Assembly: GCF_000281045.1 (NCBI RefSeq)
Contig: NW_008246119.1
Location: 192,135-230,408, forward strand
Direction: 5' to 3'
Source: Saprolegnia diclina VS20
Taxonomy: Eukaryota
DNA length: 38,274 bases
A program made the position numbers and the translations under genes. Positions within the stretch are counted from its first letter, which is position 1. The number at the start of each line of letters is the position of its first letter. The notes beneath the pieces were generated by a model. It made no database searches. It had not been told where the DNA came from and was given only the letters and a program-made list of their open reading frames with translations. This document shows positions 10,094 through 22,217 of the stretch, one piece after another.

Positions 10094-13000
10094 TTAGTCG
10101 TCTTGGGGGGCGACAAAATGCATGTCGGCGACCATGAGGTAGACGAAAAAGGAGGCGAGGACGAGCATGAAGACCGCGCAGTACCAGGCGCGCGCATCGC
10201 GCTCGATCGGTTCGTAGTGCCGGCGCCGGTACAACTGCGTGACGCAGTACAGGATGCAGAGACATATGAGGACGCCGACGACGATCGCGAGTATCTTCTC
10301 GACCGACGTGCCCATGTGCTCGCAGCACTCGGCACCGGGGCAGCAGCCCGGACCCGTCGGGTCGGTGCAGCACCACAGCGGCGTGCCCTTGGGTCCGGCC
10401 GTGAGGCACCGCGGGTTGGCTGCGCACGAGTTGGGGCCGTCGCCGACGCTAATCTCCGTTGCGGCGCTTTTGCCAAAGTCTTTGCAGCAGTCTAGGAGCG
10501 GGCTTGCGCTGCAGCAGCCTTCGGGCGTCCCACAGCAGTCGACGCCCGCCGCCAAGCACTTTGGCTCGTTGAAGCACGTGGCCGACTGAACGGGCGGCGC
10601 CGACGTCAGCGGAACGCAGCAGTCGAGGACTGCACCAGAGATACCATCCGGTTGGCAGCACCCAGCGTCCGTCGCGCAGCAGTCGAGCTTGGCCAGCAAG
10701 CACTGGGGCTGCTGGTGGCACGTTTGACGATCATCCGCCGCCGTCTTGGTCGCATTGCTTGGCACTGGCGTCACTGGCGCGCAGCAGTCGAGCACTTGGC
10801 CCGTGACCGTCGGGACACAGCAGCCTTCCGGCGATCCACAGCACCCCAAGTTGAGCGCACCGCACGCCGGCTGCCCCACACACGTGTCCTTGCCTGCTGC
10901 CGCCGACGATGACGACGACGCAACGGCCTTGGTCTTGGGCTTGCAGCAGCCGAGGACAACGCCGGACGGGTCGCAACAGCCGTCGGGCGAGTCGCAGCAG
11001 CCAAGACCCAGCGCGCCACACACGGGCTCGCCATGGCACGCCGTGTCGTCCGTCGGCGTCACGTCGTGGGTGCAGCACACATTGTCACTCGGACAGCACC
11101 CGGGCAGCGTCTCGCAGCACGCAAGCGGCGTGCCAAAGGCACCCGCGATCGCACACGCCGCAGAGCCAAAGCACTGCGGTGGCGGCGGCACCGCCGTCGT
11201 GTTGGGCGAGAAGGGCGGCTGCGAAGCGACATAGAGGAGCGCGTTCGCGGCCGAGTTGCCCGAGTCGTACTTGGCGTTTCCACGCGCGAGTAGTATCGCC
11301 CAGACGCTTGAGGCGTTCACGAGCGCTTCATCCAGCAGCGACAACGTCGGCCAAAAGTCGGGGCCCTTGTCGGCGCTCGCACGCAGCACCTCTTGCTGCT
11401 GCCACGCATACTCGGGTCTAAGCATGCATATGTAGCGTCTACCTGCGAGACGAGGAAGATACCGGACGAGGTGCGATGTCATCGGTGTGATGGGCATGAG
11501 GTTGATGCCGTGGATCTCGGACGCAAGGTTGCCAAACCAGGTCGAGTAGACGACCGACATTTCACTCACGACACCGACCATGCGGTTGGCCGCAAACACC
11601 GGTTCGTAGATCGCGGGCGTCTGACGTTCCGACATGTGCCAGTAGCGCTGCGTCGAGCGCACGTCCATGGCCAGGAGCAGCTTGGCATAGCTGTAGAAAC
11701 GCGTGTCCGTATCGAGCGAGGCGTAGAGCGCGACGCCGTAGTAGGCGTTGACAGCCTCCGAGCTGCTCTCTTGGGACTTGCCGTTCGACATGCTAAAGAG
11801 GCCGCTTGCGTACGAATGGCCTGTGAACCAGTCCTTGTGCCGGGCCGCCGGAAACAACGACGACGTGTCGTCGGCTGCAATGTCGCCGACAATCATGGCG
11901 ATGGCGTCCGCGTGGGCTGCGACCCACGTAGGGTCGAGGCGCCGGAGCACCGCGGCTGCGTACGCAAAGTAGCCGTAATGAAACTAGGCAAGGATAAGAC
12001 ACTAAGACAGAAGGCTATAAGAGATGCATGTACGTGGTGGTCGTTGTAGTAGCCCGAGCCAAACTCGGCGTCCCGGTCGGCTAGCCCAGCTTTTGTGACG
12101 AGGCCGCCGTACGTCGTGTCGTAGCAAAAGTAGTTGACCGACGCCGCGTCCCACCACTTGGCGAGCTCGCGCTTCATTTTCGACAGGCCGGTCGCGAGCG
12201 TCGTCGTGTCGTTGAAGCGCTCGGCGATGAGCACCAAGCGGGCTTCACGGGCGATCTGCTTGCCAAAGTTGTAGGCGTCCGGCGTGAACGTCGGGTACAG
12301 TGCAATGTCGGCTGCGAGCGCTGCCTTGATGGCTGCCACGGCAGAGTCGTATGTTGACGACCCCGGCGACGCCATGATACCTACACGACCATGGTATTCA
12401 GAGCAATACGACAGGAGGTGACCGGACCTTTGCTCGGGTAGTCCCACACCGGGTCGGCAATCGTATCGGCGAACGTCCACGAGTTGCCGACGACGCCCGT
12501 CATCGGGCCGCGGATCGCCATGTAGGTGACCTAGCAGCGGTGTTGAGAGTTCTCTCAAGCATCGTATCATGGTTACCTCGTCGAGCAGTGTCATGTTGGC
12601 CGTGAACGTGTCCATATGATGCAGCAGGCACGTCATGAGCAGCGGCGGCGACGCACTTCCCGGGAAGCTCGCGGTCGTCCAGTCAAAGCGCCAGTGCATG
12701 ACGGACGCGTTCGTCGCGTCGACTTGATGCGAGATGGCGGCGCCGGTCGGGTACGTGGGCGCGTGCTGCGCGAAGAGCGGGCGCATGCCGCTGTAGAGCT
12801 CGAGGCCAAAGCGCAGGACACCGCTGTACGACGACGGGCCCTTGAACGCCTTGTCCGACCGCGCCCATTGAATGGGCGAGGATGCAAAGAGGAGCCACTT
12901 GTGCCAGTTGCCGAGCAGCAGCTCCGAGCAGTGATGGGCCGCGTCCTCCTTGAGCGACAGCATCTCGAGCGCTGACGAGAGCACGGGCGTTGCGCCCTTG

Positions 13001-13416
13001 TACTCGAGCGTAATGTACGGCGAGCCACGCACGAGGTGCAGAAGGATGCCGCCGTCTTGGAACGACAGCGTGACGCTGAGCGCATCGTGGCGGACCACGA
13101 GCAGCGGCGACGCGCCAACGTCGACGATGAGCTCGGCCGTGAAGCCTTCGATGATGTTACCGGCCGTCACGACGCGGAACGGGTAGCTAATCTGCAGCTG
13201 CTGGTCAATGATCTTGACCGAGTACGGGAGCGACGCGACGGCTTCGTTCCCGAGCACAAAGTTGGTCCAGAAGGCGCCGGTCGGGAAGGGCGAGGCGGCA
13301 ATCGACGGGTGCAAGTGGCTACGAGGCGACTGCAGCGGGTGCGTCACGTTCATATACGGGCCGGTCGTCGCTTGGACGACGGCGACGAGCAGTGCGACGA
13401 GGCCAAGTAGACGCAT
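10094..13416 (-). CDS. Glycoside hydrolase family 81 endo-1,3-beta-glucanase with C-terminal Cys-rich repeats and two TM helices
   Basis: Signal peptide MRLLGLVALLVAVVQA, then FPTGAFWTN, LVRGSPYIT, YNDHH|FHYGYF, RHKDWFTGHSYASG and QESSSEAVNAYY (catalytic Glu residues). Introns 12531-12576, 12381-12427, 11984-12033 and 11418-11462. Confidence 0.92.
10322..11173 (-). repeat. Six tandem 8-cysteine protein repeats (C-x5-C-xn-CC-x5-7-CC-xn-CC) within the GH81 gene
   Basis: Examples: CHGEPVCGALGLGCCDSPDGCCDPSGVVLGCC; CVGQPACGALNLGCCGSPEGCC...LDCC; CFNEPKCLAAGVDCCGTPEGCC...LDCC. Confidence 0.85.
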
Positions 13417-14067
13417 GGCACTCGTCTGCCAACTTGGGATCTGCCGATGGCCATCGTCGCCAACGACCAGCATTCCTGCACTGGATATTTAAATTCGCAG
13501 GTGCGCCTTGTATCTAGGTTTCACTATACCCGGCGAGCACCTGCAAAATATCATCCCAACGTACCCGCCTGTCTGGTCGTGGCGTGTCGCACCGGCGGCG
13601 CAACCTGGGGCGAGGCAGGGCTGCGCTGTGAGCATAGGAGGCCACGAGGCAGGTGCAAGCGACCGAAGCAAAGCGCGCTGGGTAGCTCTAGAGGTACTGC
13701 AGCCTGCAGCAGCGCTGGTCGCCACAAGGACCAAGCCAGGCGGCAGTAGCCTCGCAGCCAACGAATCTTGAACGCTTACGGGCATCTTCAAAGCGCCATC
13801 AGCAGCACGTGATGGGACCAAAGGGCAAGCTGATCGCCGCCGGCAAGGGCACTAGAGGGTGCTACTGTCGTCGCACGCACGCATACGCACGTGTTGCAGC
13901 ATCGGTCGGGACGAACCAGGCGTGAGGTCGAGCCGCAACCACGACTTCGATTGTCGAGCGGTCCTCTCCAACGTAGGTGCTCGCAAGGCTACGCTTGAAG
14001 GAGGAACACAGACCGCTCGTGTCGCACAACACTTTAGATACATATATATCGAGGAGCAGTGCGTCCA

Positions 14068-16528
14068 TTACATGGCGTACGTCTGCGACCGCAGCATCAT
14101 GGTGAGAAGGCGGCCGACGTCCACGGCACTTGGTCGTTGGAGCGGGTCGTTGTCGAGGCAGCGCTGCGCGATCGAGAGCACTTCGGGCGGGCACTCGTCG
14201 GTGAAGCTCGGTCGGAGCTCGCCTTCGATGACCATCATGGCGATCACGGGCTTGGGCAGCGCCGTGCCGTTGGTCGAGACCGCGTTGCCGTACGGACTCT
14301 CGCCCGTGTCGACTTCGGAGACGAGGACGCCAAACGAGTACATGTCGGCGCTCTCGCTGTACCGGTCGCCCTTGAGAATCTCGGGGGCGATCCACGCAAT
14401 CGTACCAATCTAAAGCACCACAGATGTCAAGCATACGCGTCGACGCGGCAAGTACCTCGGCCGTCATGGTGGCGTCCATGACGACTTGGCGACTCGTGCC
14501 AAAGTCGCTGAGCTTGGCTTCGAACTGCGCGCCGAGGAGGACGTTCTTGGCCTTGAGATCGCGGTGGATCACGTGGAGGTCGTGGAGATAGCTCAAGCCC
14601 GCAATCACATCGCTGAGCACTTGGACTTTCGAGTACGTCTTGACGGACGTTTGTGCTGGCCACACAAGCTTGAGCGCGGCCGACGACCGCTGCGAATCGT
14701 CGTCCTTGGCGCGGACGAGCGTCGCGAGGTCGCCGTTGGGCATGAACTCGAGCACCGCACTCAGGTCCTTGAGCGTACTCCACGAGACGCTACACAAACG
14801 ATTCAAATGATATCTTGCAAACACGAGACGGACCCGATGAAGCGCACAATGTGGGGGTGGTCGAGCTGCGCGCAGAGCCGAATTTCGTCCATAAAGTCGC
14901 GGACGCCGTCGCTGTTGCCTTCGACGGCCGACGGCAGCATGCGCTTGACGGCCACGTCCATTGAGTGGTACGTCGCGAGGTACACGACGCCAAAGCCACC
15001 GGATGCGATCGTCCTGTGCATAACAATCTCCTTGTGGTCGATCCGGAACCGCTGAAATTGCGGATCGAACCGAATGTCCGAGCCCTTGTCGGCGCCGGTC
15101 GCAAGCGCCGTGAGCTCGCGCGGCCGTCCGCCGAGGCCGATCTGCTGGTCGCCGTTCTTGTCGAGCATGGGATGTGCCATTGGCAGGGGCCGCGCGGACG
15201 CCATGTCGCGGTTGGTTTGATTCGCGAGCGCAGAGAACGAGAACGCGGGCCCCTTCTTGCGCGATTGGCGGTACCGGCGGTACACGAAGAGGCTCACGCC
15301 CGCAACGAACACGGCGACGGCGACGCCGATGAGTGCATACGCCGTGTCACTCAAGCCCTCTACGCAAGCTAAGAAGCCAAGGACGAGAGAGCATATGTAC
15401 CCGAGAGACCGTCGACGCACACGGTGAGGCCGCTTGGCAGCTTTTGACGCGACCCTGTCGAGCAGTCGCTGGTCGAAATCTCTGTCTTGGAGCTCGTCTT
15501 GACCGAGACCGACTGGAAGAGGGTGTTGTACTGGGCAATCGAAATCGTAAACTGGGCAATCTTGGCGTCCACAAGCGACCTAATTGGGTAGGTGAGTGGC
15601 GCATGCAGTGGATTTGCCAATACAGTGTTTTGAGATCGCCAAAGTTGCACAAATGCAAGCTCTCGATCGTGTTGCCGTCAAGGTACCTAGAGACATTGTC
15701 GATTTGCCACGTAAAGTGAAAACAATGTACAAGGTAGTGAGCGTCGACGGAAACAACACGTAGTTGAGCGTCCTGAGCTTCGTATTGTACGAGAGATCGA
15801 GCACTTCGAGCCGCGGAGGGAAGAGGCTCGAGGCGTTGGGCGGTAGTGTCGGTAGCGCGTTCGCACTTAGATTCCTACGCACGCTGTCACGACCTGGCGG
15901 CTTCGGTCGTAGTACAGTGTCTTGAGGTTCGTAGCCACGAGCTGCGTCAAGGACGCAATCTCGTTTTGCGCGAGCGACCTAGACTGCACTGAGCCTCGCA
16001 TCCATCATGCGCTGCATTACAGCGTCTTGAGCGAGTCGGCAAAGGGCGTCGCATTCGAGACGTTGGTGAGCGCATTCTTGGCCAGCGACCTAAGCACGCG
16101 TCAGGCGCAGCAGAGGCATATCGCATATGTACAAGTCTTCGACGATGAGGGCGACGTCAAAGCGACGCTGCATGTTGCCCAGCCGCGCGATGCCATGGCC
16201 CGACATGTCGCTACATGGCCACAGGATCGTCGTCTTCGTGATCGCATCGAGGCAGGTTGACGTACATGGTCTTGGCGTAGTGCGTGACCGAGTCGAGATA
16301 CGCGAACGGCAGCTTGGGCGGCGCTGCGTAGCACGGCTCGTCCTGGGACGCGCGCTTCTCGGCGTTGGCGAGCACGACGGCCATCGTGAGGTTCGTGCAC
16401 GCGTCGACCCACTCGCTCGGGTCGGCGCCGGCCTTGGCGAAGCAGCCGGGCGAGATCTTGGCCGCGTCCGCGAAGCACTGCGCCGTGAACGTTGCCGTCG
16501 GGAACGGCTTGAGCGTCACGACGCTCAT
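14068..16528 (-). CDS. Leucine-rich-repeat receptor-like kinase (TKL group)
   Basis: LRR exons (LSLAKNAL, LSLAQNEI, LNLSANAL, LDLSYN, LYLDGNTI), TM segment ALIGVAVAVFVAGVSLFVY followed by RRYR, and kinase motifs ASGGFGVV, VAVK, HRDLKAKN, DFG, IGTIAWIAPE, DMYSFG. Start is uncertain because no clear signal peptide follows ATG 16528. Confidence 0.88.
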
Positions 16529-17271
16529 CCTGTCTACTGTCAATAAGCCTACCAGGCCACCATAATCAAGGTGATTTTTTTTATTTCTACTTGGTCTTTG
16601 TATGCTTGTTCCATCGCTCGAATTATATTGCCAATGTTCAGACCGTCGTGACACACCACCTGGTCGCATCCTCCTCCTCGGCCACCGCTCCTCGCCCGCT
16701 CAAGGACGGCCGTGCCGGCAGCTTCGCATGGCGCCATGGCCTCGCGCCATCGGCGATCGCATGGCCGCTCAATGTTGATGCTATCGGCGAGGGCTGGCTG
16801 CAGCAAGCTGCAAGTCCACACTATGCGCAAGTCGAATGGCCAGACCATCGTGACGTTATGCAGCTGCACGCAGCGTGGACCACCGCCAGCGAGCTGCGCT
16901 AGCTCATGCTCGGCCAAGGAGGTGCGACGACACCAAGGTAGACGAGCGGCAGGAAGCGGTGTCCTGGCGGGTGGAGCCGTGGGGTGTAGCGGCTGGGCGA
17001 GAACTCCTGTGGAGGGTCCCCTCCAACGGGGTGGGGGGTTTCCCTCGTTGCGAGCTCGCGTCCGGTTTCGTGGGGCCGTCGGCAAAGATACCAGCGCGGT
17101 GGCGAATACGCATAATTTTAAAAAGTGCCTAGGCGTCACTTCTGGGGGTTCCATACAAATATCAAGTGAAGGCGTGAGTAATAATTCAATATCCCCGAGC
17201 CAAAAGTGGTGAAACTATTATAATACCAAATCCAGCCCGGACCCAAAGTAGAAGAAGAAGACGGTGGCCCC

Positions 17272-20200
17272 ATGGACGAAAGCCCGCCACCGAGCGTCAC
17301 GTCGCCGACGTCCCTCGACGACTTCCGGCGGTCCTCCGTCGGTTCCATGCCCCGGCGAGAGACCGAGCCATCGGGCTACCAGCGGGCTGCGTCCCTCAAG
17401 TTCCTCCAGCGGGGCGCCAGCGGTCATGCGAGCATGAGCATGGGCCCGAACGACATCCCGACGCATGCAGGCCCTGTCGCTGGCGCGCCCATGTCAGCGC
17501 CGAGCCTCTCCAAGCCAGGCTCGCGGCGCAGCTTTGCGTTCTTTGGCTCCAAGGACCGCCCGCCATCGAGCACGGGCTCGAGTACGCAATCCTCGTTCAT
17601 GGGTGGGCAACCGCCGTTCATGAGCAACAAGACGGGCTCGGGCTTGAGCGACTCGTCGATGCCCGAGCAGTCGCCAGCATCAACGGGCTCGCAAGGGTCG
17701 ACGATGCTGTCGCAGTCGATGGCACCGTCCGATAGCCCAGCAAACGCGATCTTGCACAGCGGGTACTTGACCAAGCGCGGTCACGTCATCACAAACTGGA
17801 AGACGCGCTTTTTCGCGCTGCGGTCGCAAGGCCGATTGAGCTACTACAACGACGAGGGCATGGGGAAGAAGCTCGGCGAGGTCCACGTGTCCAAAGTGAG
17901 TCCATGGAGCGGCGAAACCAATGGCTTTATGTTCCAAACGACCAAGCAAATCTCGTATTACGTGTACGCGAGCTCCAACACGGAGCGAGCGCGCTGGCTC
18001 AAAGCCCTCGACGACTTCTACATTGTGCCCGACCCGGTCGACTGCGAAGGGTAAACGCGCCTGCTACCATCGTCCCTCCTCATGCAGTTGTAGGTACCTC
18101 ACCAAGCGCGGACACCTCGTGCCTAGCTACCGCTTGCGCTACTTTGTCATGTGCGGCAGCGTCGTCAAGTACTACAGCGACGAGACGGCGTACCGCACCG
18201 GCGCGTCGGCGTTGGCCGAGATCGAAGTCAAGAGCGGCGGCCGCTGGGACGGCGAGAGCACCGGTCTCTTCTTCAAGACCGCGACCAACAGCACCATGTT
18301 TGTCTGCGCCGAGAACGTGGCCGACCTGCAAAAGTGGATCGAGGCGCTCGGCCGCATCTTCAACGAGGCGCCCAAGCCCGCGCCTGTCGCTTGCGCCGGC
18401 TGGCTCACCAAGCAAGGCCACAAGCGCAAGAGCTGGAAGAAGCGATACTTTGTGCTCCGGGGCACCGTCCTCTCGTACTTTGCGGACTTTGAGGCCGCCA
18501 ACACGCGTCTCGGGAAGGCGCTCAGCGAAGTGAGTGTCAAGGACGTGGCGCCGTGGGACGGTGAAGTGTGCGGCTTTATGTTTGTGACGCTCGAGAACGT
18601 GCCGTACTACGTCTTTGCTGACAACGAGCGCGACCAGGCCAAGTGGATGACGGCGCTCAAGAAGGCTGTCGGCCTCGACGCGCCGACGCTCGAGACGCCC
18701 GACGAACCAGAGAAGAAGTGTCCGCGCTGCGAGTATGTGCTCACGGGCACGCGCTTTTGCGGCGCGTGCGGCTTTAACCTTCGCGGTACGAGCAACGAAC
18801 GCTCCAAGATGGCGCCGCCGCCCGTGGCCGTCGCGGACGAGGCAGACGACGACGAGAACAACGCGATGGACGACCTCGACGCGCTCTCGGAAGGCGCGCG
18901 CACCTTGCTGCTCGCCGTCATGCAAAATCCCAGCGTTCAGATTGGCGGCGAAGGCGAGAATGCGTTCGCACCGCGCATCGGAAGCACCCCGTCCGTCGAG
19001 ACAACGACCGACGCACCGCCGCCGCCGCTGTCGCCGGAGAAGCCTGCACCGCTCGTGCTTGCGACGCCCGAGAAGCCGCCGACTCCGGAAAAGCCAGCCG
19101 AGAAGCCGCCAGCGTTTGTGATGCGCCCGCCGACGCCGCCCAAGCCGTCCGCGGCCAAGAGAAGCAACAGCGACAGTGAGGACGAAGAAGAGTCGAAGGA
19201 AGACTTTTCGAAATTTCGGACCGCGACCGACTCGTTTGCGTCCAAGCAGCGCAAGCAGGCGCCGCGCGCCATCAACGTCCCGGGCCCGACGACGACCACG
19301 GACACGAGTTTCAACTCGTTTGGCTCGGACCAGGCGCCGGCCCGTCGCATCTCGCAGCCGATCCCGATCGACGGGCCGCAGCCGCTGGGGCCGTCGGCGC
19401 GCAAGACGGTGGCTCAGCTTCTCCACGAAGCCGAAAGCGACGAAGAAGAGGAAAAGAAGGAGCACGACGACGATGACGCGTCGACAGGAGACAAACCGGG
19501 CGAAGGGCTGTCTCAGTTCCACCTTCGCGGGTCGGCGCGGCAGTTTGATACGCTGCCGCCCAACGACGACCACGACGAGACTGCCGCCGTCGCGTCGCCA
19601 AGCTCGCGCCATAGCGATGCGCTCGTACTCGACGGCGTTGTCGGCCTCGATGAAGAAACCAAGCCGACGCCCAAGCTCGACTTGCACACGCTCATGGAGC
19701 GCGAGCTGCACTGCACGCCGCTCTTTGTTCCGTCGGCCGAGTCGCCTGTCCGCTGCCGCCTCTACGCGTCGATGGCCTACGCCACGTCCAAGAAGATTCT
19801 CGTGTTCCTCTCCGACTCGGGGCCGCTCGGGGTGTGGCACCAGAACGACAACATGAACGCTGCGCTCGACGAAGACCACCCGTTTGCGATGCTGTCGTAT
19901 CTCCAGCGGGCGGTCTCGGAAGGCTACAGCGTCGTCGTCTGCAATCCGTTCTCGAACAGCGCCAAGGTGTTTGAAGAGGGCGGTCGTGAGCGCATTGTGC
20001 CGATTCCGTCGTCCGCGACCCCGAAAGAGCACGTGTTTTTCGTGTGGGAGAAATTCCTGCAGCCGACGTCGGCCGAGATCTCGGTCGTCGCGTATCAGCG
20101 GGGAGGGTCGCTCGCTGTGGCTCTGCTCGAGCACTTTGAGCGCTGCCGGACGCGTCTCCACCGCATGGCGTTTGTCGATTCCAAGCACATTGTCAACCGT

Positions 20201-21815
20201 GAAAGCACGAGCGCGGCGGTCCTCGAGGTCCTCGGTCGCCGCACGATCCAGTGGGAAGCGTCGAAAGACCAAGCGCTCGGCGGCCAAATCGTCGAGTCGC
20301 AAGAGCGCGTCGGCTGCGTCTGTCTCTCGATCGGCGCGTGCGACGACCTGCACGTGCTCCAGCACGCCGAAGATCCAGTGTTTGCGTACCTCTTGGCCAA
20401 CCCGCCGCGCCCGGGCATGACAGCGATCGTCAAGCAGGTCCGCAGCGTCCTCCGCGCCCGCCGCAAGACGCTGAATGAAAAGAAGCCCGAGATGCGCAAC
20501 TCGAATGTGTTTGTGCTCGGCGAAGCCGACACGGGCAACAGCGACAATATGGATGAAGAGCCGTCGCCCGAAAAGGAAATGCAAGTCGCGCGGCAAGCGC
20601 CGGTACGACGACTCGATAGTTTGATACGAAACAAATGTCGCGAGTAGGCGGCGCCCACGTACTACTTGCCCAAGCAGACGGCGGCGGCACCCAAGTCCAA
20701 GACGCAGCCACATAATTTGATTTCGATGCGCGACTTTGAGTTGGTCAAGGTCGTGGGCCAAGGCGGCTTTGGCAAGGTCTTCCTCGCCAAGAAGGTGACG
20801 GACCCGCACAAGGACGAGTCGTATGCGATGAAGGTCCTCAAGAAGCAGCACGTGCTCTCGAGCGGCCTCGTCAACACGACGATGGCCGAGCGCAAGATCC
20901 TCACGGAAATTTCGCACCCGTTCGTCGTCAAGCTCTACTACGCGTTCCAGTCCGAGTCCAAACTGTACCTGGTCATGGACTACCTCAGCGGCGGGTCTCT
21001 CGCGCTCCATCTCCGTCGCCGGCGCAAGTTCCCAGAGGACTGGGCGCGTTTTTACGGTGCCGAGGTGGCCGCCGCGATCGCGCATCTGCACCACGTTAAC
21101 ATCATCTACCGCGACGCCAAGCTTGAGAACGTGCTCATGGACCACGAAGGCCACGTGCGGATCACTGACTTTGGTCTCTCCAAGCAAGGCGTGTCGGGGC
21201 TCCAGGGCGCGACGACCTTTTGCGGGACTGCTGCGTACATTGCGCCCGAGCTCCTCAAGGGCCAGACGTACGGCAANNNNNNNNNNNNNNNNNNNNNNNN
21301 NNNNNNNNNNNNNNNNNNNNNNNNNNNNNNNNNNNNNNNNNNNNNNNNNNNNNNNNNNNNNNNNNNNNNNNNNNNNNNNNNNNNNNNNNNNNNNNNNNNN
21401 NNNNNNNNNNNNNNNNNNNNNNNNNNNNNNNNNNNNNNNNNNNNNNNNNNNNNNNNNNNNNNNNNNNNNNNNNNNNNNNNNNNNNNNNNNNNNNNNNNNN
21501 NNNNNNNNNNNNNNNNNNNNNNNNNNNNNNNNNNNNCTCGGCAGTGGTCCGCGCGGCGCCGACGAGGTGCTCACGCACCCATTTTTTGACTCGATCGACT
21601 GGGCCGAGCTCCTCGCCAAGCGCGTGCCGCCGCCGTTCAACCCGGGCGTCGGTCGCCTAGACACGCACTTTGTGGCGCAGAACCTCAACGAGATCACCTC
21701 CCAAGACCGGCAGGTGAGCATGATGCACCGCAACGAGCACGGCCCGCAGCGCCACAACGACTTTGATGGGTTTAGCTTTGTCGGGCGGTCCAACCTCAAC
21801 TTGGACCTGAGCTAA
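17272..21815 (+). CDS. Multidomain AGC kinase copy 1: three PH domains, zinc ribbon, FAM172/Arb2-like domain, AGC kinase
   Basis: Three G[YW]LTKxGH...R[YF]F PH repeats; CPRC...FCGACG; Arb2-like block at about 19680-20460; kinase motifs [28 protein letters not shown]; hydrophobic motif FDGFSF. Introns 18051-18093 and 20603-20647. Contains an N gap. Confidence 0.85.
21277..21536. other. Assembly gap (260 N) inside the kinase domain of copy 1
   Basis: Run of N. The equivalent interval in copy 2 (25851-26043) is 193 nt. Confidence 0.99.
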
Positions 21816-22217
21816 CCGTAGACAACGAAGAACAATATGGTGCCTCTAGTCCATGTGGCTGCTAGAGCCTGTCGACTAGCGTACGAAGTCGCGAGTTTGC
21901 CGTCTGGGGCTTGGTCTACTGGCAACGTGCGCGAAAACTTTTCAAGTGCAAATTCAGTGGGAAGTTCGAAGACAAATTCGCTTAGATGAGGTGCTGGCGC
22001 CAGCGCCCATCCCACGCTCTCTGAGGAAATGACGTGGCCACGCGACGGCCATGTGTACTTGTCTACGCGAATTGCCTCGGATGGTCCGCCAGCAGGCGAC
22101 CTGTGATTGGCCAAAAGCGCTCGAAAGTGCACTCTGCCGCCGCATCCGAAGTTTCTATGATACCCCGGGGCTTGTAATGCTGCTACAATCGCAAGTTTGG
22201 CAGCCAGCAGCAGACGC

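Noticed and set aside
16880..17120. Possible RNase P, MRP or SRP RNA in the GC-rich intergenic stretch
   Set aside because: Conserved signature motifs could not be matched convincingly; an Infernal/Rfam scan would be needed.
21277..21536. Apparent frameshift across the kinase domain of copy 1
   Set aside because: It falls inside an N gap of estimated length (260 nt versus 193 nt in the paralogue), so it is not evidence of pseudogenisation.
18080..21799. 1239-aa minus-strand ORF and many other long antisense or alternate-frame ORFs
   Set aside because: Shadow ORFs caused by strong GC3 codon bias of the real genes on the opposite strand; no recognisable motifs.
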